Under the pieces are notes generated by a model. That model was given only the letters and a program-made list of their open reading frames with translations. It was not told the origin of the DNA and did not search any database. Positions 19,377 through 21,956 of a stretch of DNA of 21,956 nt are shown piece after piece. This stretch comes from Octopus sinensis. Taxonomy: Eukaryota. How positions within the stretch are numbered: position 1 is the stretch's first letter; each line of letters begins with the position of its first letter. The DNA is taken from contig NW_021823581.1 in assembly GCF_006345805.1 (NCBI RefSeq), forward strand, positions 1 to 21,956, given 5' to 3'. A program made the position numbers and the translations under genes.

Positions 19377-19505
19377 CCATTGCATTAATATAAACATTGA
19401 TAATTCTAAACAATAGGCTCTGTATATATATATACACACACACACACCATTGCGTTAATATAAACATTGATAATTCTAAACAATAGGCTCTGTATATATA
19501 TATAT
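19370..19505 (+). repeat. Two-copy tandem repeat, 70-bp period
   Basis: ccattgc(a/g)ttaatataaacattgataattctaaacaataggctctg at 19377 and 19447. Confidence 0.9.
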
Positions 19506-19514
19506 AAAATAAAA

Positions 19515-19722
19515 TATTAGGGAATAAATTCAAACTTACAGGGAAAAATCAGATTTAGGATTGAATCCAATTTTATAGTAAAATATTAAATTATCTTTTA
19601 TTAAACTTTTAATACTTTTGATATATATTTAAAATAATATAAATTAATTAACTTTGTGTATTGGCTTAAGTTTTTCATTGTTTGATTTGCCTAATAGTGG
19701 TTTTATCTCTAATTTAATATAA
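19515..19722. mobile_element. Family E repeat with internal inversion
   Basis: Left part is collinear with about 15840-15920; the right end gtggttttatctctaatttaatat is the reverse complement of the expected continuation. Confidence 0.5.
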
Positions 19723-19782
19723 TATATATATATATATATATATACATACACACGCACACATATCGCTCACACACACACACAC

Positions 19783-19945
19783 ATGATGGGCTTCTTTCAG
19801 TTTCCATCTACCAAACCCACTCACAAGGCTTTGGTTTCCCCGAGGCCCTAGCAGAAGACACTTGCCCAAGGTATCACACAAGTGGGTGTGAACCCGGAAG
19901 CGTGTGGTTGGTAAGCAAGCTACTTACCCCACAGCCACGCCGCAC
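19783..19945 (-). mobile_element. SINE family A, head only, diverged
   Basis: gggcttctttcagtttcc..cttaccccacagccac with no body beyond the microsatellite. Confidence 0.8.
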
Positions 19946-20215
19946 ATATTTTCAATTCCACTTAATTATTATTTTTGAATTTAAACAAAAAAAAAAGAAA
20001 CTTAGATACTTAACAATCGACTGAAATTGAACTTTTAGGGGTTTTTTTTTAGTTTCATTAATTTCTGTGAAGAAAAACACAACAAAACAACGCGAAGTTT
20101 AAAAAGACGGAACTCAGAATTTAGGCAAAACGATACGATTTTTGTATATTTTGTCTGTCGGGCAAGAATTTTAATGTTTAGAGAGAGGAAGGTTGATAAG
20201 GGTAGCTTTTGAAGA

Positions 20216-20782
20216 GATGGATGGAAGCACTCCGTCGGTTACGACGACGAGGGTTCCGGTTGATCCGATCAACGGAACAGCCTGCTCGCGAAATTAACGT
20301 GTAAGTGGCTGAGCACTCCACAGACACGTGTACACTTCACGTAGTTCTCGGGGATATTCAGCGTGACACAGAGAGTGACAAGGCCGGCCCTTTGAAATGG
20401 AAGCACTCCGTCAGTTACGACGACGAGGGTTCCGGTTGATCCGAATCAACGGAACAGCCTGCTCGTGAAATTAACGTGTAAGTGGCTGAGCACTCCACAG
20501 ACACGTGCACCCTTAACGTAGTTCTCGGGGATATTCAGCGTGACACAGAGAGTGACAAGGCCGGCCCTTTGAAATACAGGTACAACAGAAACAGGAAGTA
20601 AGAGTGAGAGAAAGTTGTGGTTAAGGAGTACAGCAGGGATCACCACCATCCCCTGCCGGAGCCTCGTGGAGCTTTAGGTGTTTTCGCTCAATAAACACTC
20701 ACAACGCCCGGTCTGGGAATCGAAACCGCGATCTTATGACCACGAGTCCGCTGCCCTAACCACTGGGCCATTGCGCCTCCAC
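20216..20782 (-). mobile_element. SINE family C with tandemly duplicated 176-177 bp 3' module
   Basis: Head at about 20700-20782; module copies 20221-20396 and 20397-20573; 12-bp TSD agcttttgaaga at 20204-20215 and 20783-20794. Confidence 0.92.
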
Positions 20783-20802
20783 AGCTTTTGAAGAACGTTC
20801 TA

Positions 20803-20970
20803 GGTGGAGGTTAAGAAGCTTGCTTCTCAACTACATAGTTCCGGGTTCAGTCCCACAGCGTGGCACCTTGGACCAACCCTAACCCGAGCGTGGCATCTTC
20901 TGCTATAATCCTGGACTGACCAAAGCCTTGTGAGTGGATTTGATAGACGGAAACTGAAAGAAGCCCGCTG
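20803..20970 (+). mobile_element. SINE family A, head only, diverged and internally rearranged
   Basis: agcttgcttctcaactacatagttccgggttcagtccc..gacggaaactgaaagaagcccg. Confidence 0.7.
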
Positions 20971-21010
20971 TTATCACCATCATCATTATCATCGTCCTTT
21001 AGTAAATGTT

Positions 21011-21704
21011 TTGGCATTCCTTCGATATAACTCGACAAAAATCAAAACACTTTTACTTCGGGTATTTCCGTGGAAGCGAATGACAGTTTGATTCTGTTTT
21101 TCTGTTTGGAAATTTGTGGATTTTACATACACACCTGAAACAGGGAAGAACAAATATACTCTTTTTACTCTTTTACTGGTTTCAGTCATTTGACTGCGGC
21201 CATGCTGGAGCACCGTCTTTAGTCGAGCAAATCGACCCCCCGGACTTATTCTTTGGAAGCCCAGTACTTATTCTATTGGTCTCTTTTGCCGAACCGCTAA
21301 GTGACGGGGACGTAAACACACCAGCATCGGTTGTCAAGCAATGCTAGGGGGACAAACACAGACACGAACATATATATATATATATATATATATACGACAG
21401 GCTTCTTTCAGTTTCCGTCTACCAAATCCACTCACAAGGCATTGGTCGGCCCGAGGCTTTAGTAGAAAACACTTGCCCAAGATGCCACGCAGTGGGACTG
21501 AACCCGGAACCATGTGGTTGGTTAGCAAGCTACTTACCACACAGCCACACCTGCACCTTTGCTAATATGCAAAGCTTTCTTTTTTCTTCAAGTTAAAAAT
21601 GAAACATTGATGGCATAATTTCGTTACATCTATATTCCAAAACCCACGGAAAAACCCGAAGTGAAATGTTTTGGTTTTGTCGAGTTATATCGAAAGAATG
21701 CCAA
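21011..21704. mobile_element. Putative MITE with ~60-bp TIRs, interrupted by a SINE
   Basis: ttggcattccttcgatataactcgacaaaa..ccgtgg (21011-21073) vs ccacgg..ttttgtcgagttatatcgaaagaatgccaa (21644-21704). Confidence 0.55.
21157..21558 (-). mobile_element. SINE family A, full length
   Basis: Same architecture as 3825-4236. Confidence 0.92.
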
Positions 21705-21755
21705 TGTTTTTCATGCTGGCATGGGTTGGACGGTTTGACAGGCTCAGGCAGGTCA
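21703..21755 (-). mobile_element. Short diverged family B terminus
   Basis: gtttttcatgctggcatgggttggacggtttgac. Confidence 0.55.
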
Positions 21756-21956
21756 GATAATTGTGTTCAGTTTTGTGGTACTACCCTAACTGCTTGCAAG
21801 ACGGGACCTCTCGATTGATGTGAGGATTGGCTGATCATTGCTTACAACACATCTTATGTTTTTTTTTGTTTTGTTTTTCAACTCTTGACAACTATCAGAC
21901 CAAAACAGTTGTGAGTCCCTTTTTTTGTTGACCCCTTATACTTTGCAACACAAGTT

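Noticed and set aside
20872-20886. aaccctaaccc as an interstitial telomeric insertion
   Set aside because: Fewer than two full TTAGGG units; compatible with chance.

Overview
Eukaryotic, non-genic, repeat-saturated DNA. I can support no host protein-coding gene, rRNA, true tRNA gene or CRISPR array. The SINE/LINE families and the very dense (TA)n/(CA)n/(CAC)n/(GA)n microsatellites look like those I recall from octopus (coleoid cephalopod) genomes; this is recall-based inference, not a database result. Contents: (i) about 12 full or partial copies of a tRNA-headed SINE with an internal microsatellite (family A); (ii) three other tRNA-derived SINE types (C and D, which share one 3' module, and F); (iii) 5'-truncated ends of an RTE-like LINE (family B) whose 3' UTR holds a 61-62 bp VNTR; (iv) two dead mariner (DD34D) transposons; (v) a non-autonomous Helitron with a PIF1-helicase fragment, possibly part of a 2.4 kb composite; (vi) a five-copy tandem array of a TTAA-flanked piggyBac-like MITE. 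The most notable structures are rearrangement scars: a templated local duplication inserted into a LINE with an inverted 27-bp linker, a SINE enclosed by 95-bp inverted arms with a reiterated 5' end, and several other fold-back junctions. Family letters are my labels. Most ORFs in the supplied track are translation artefacts of repeats.
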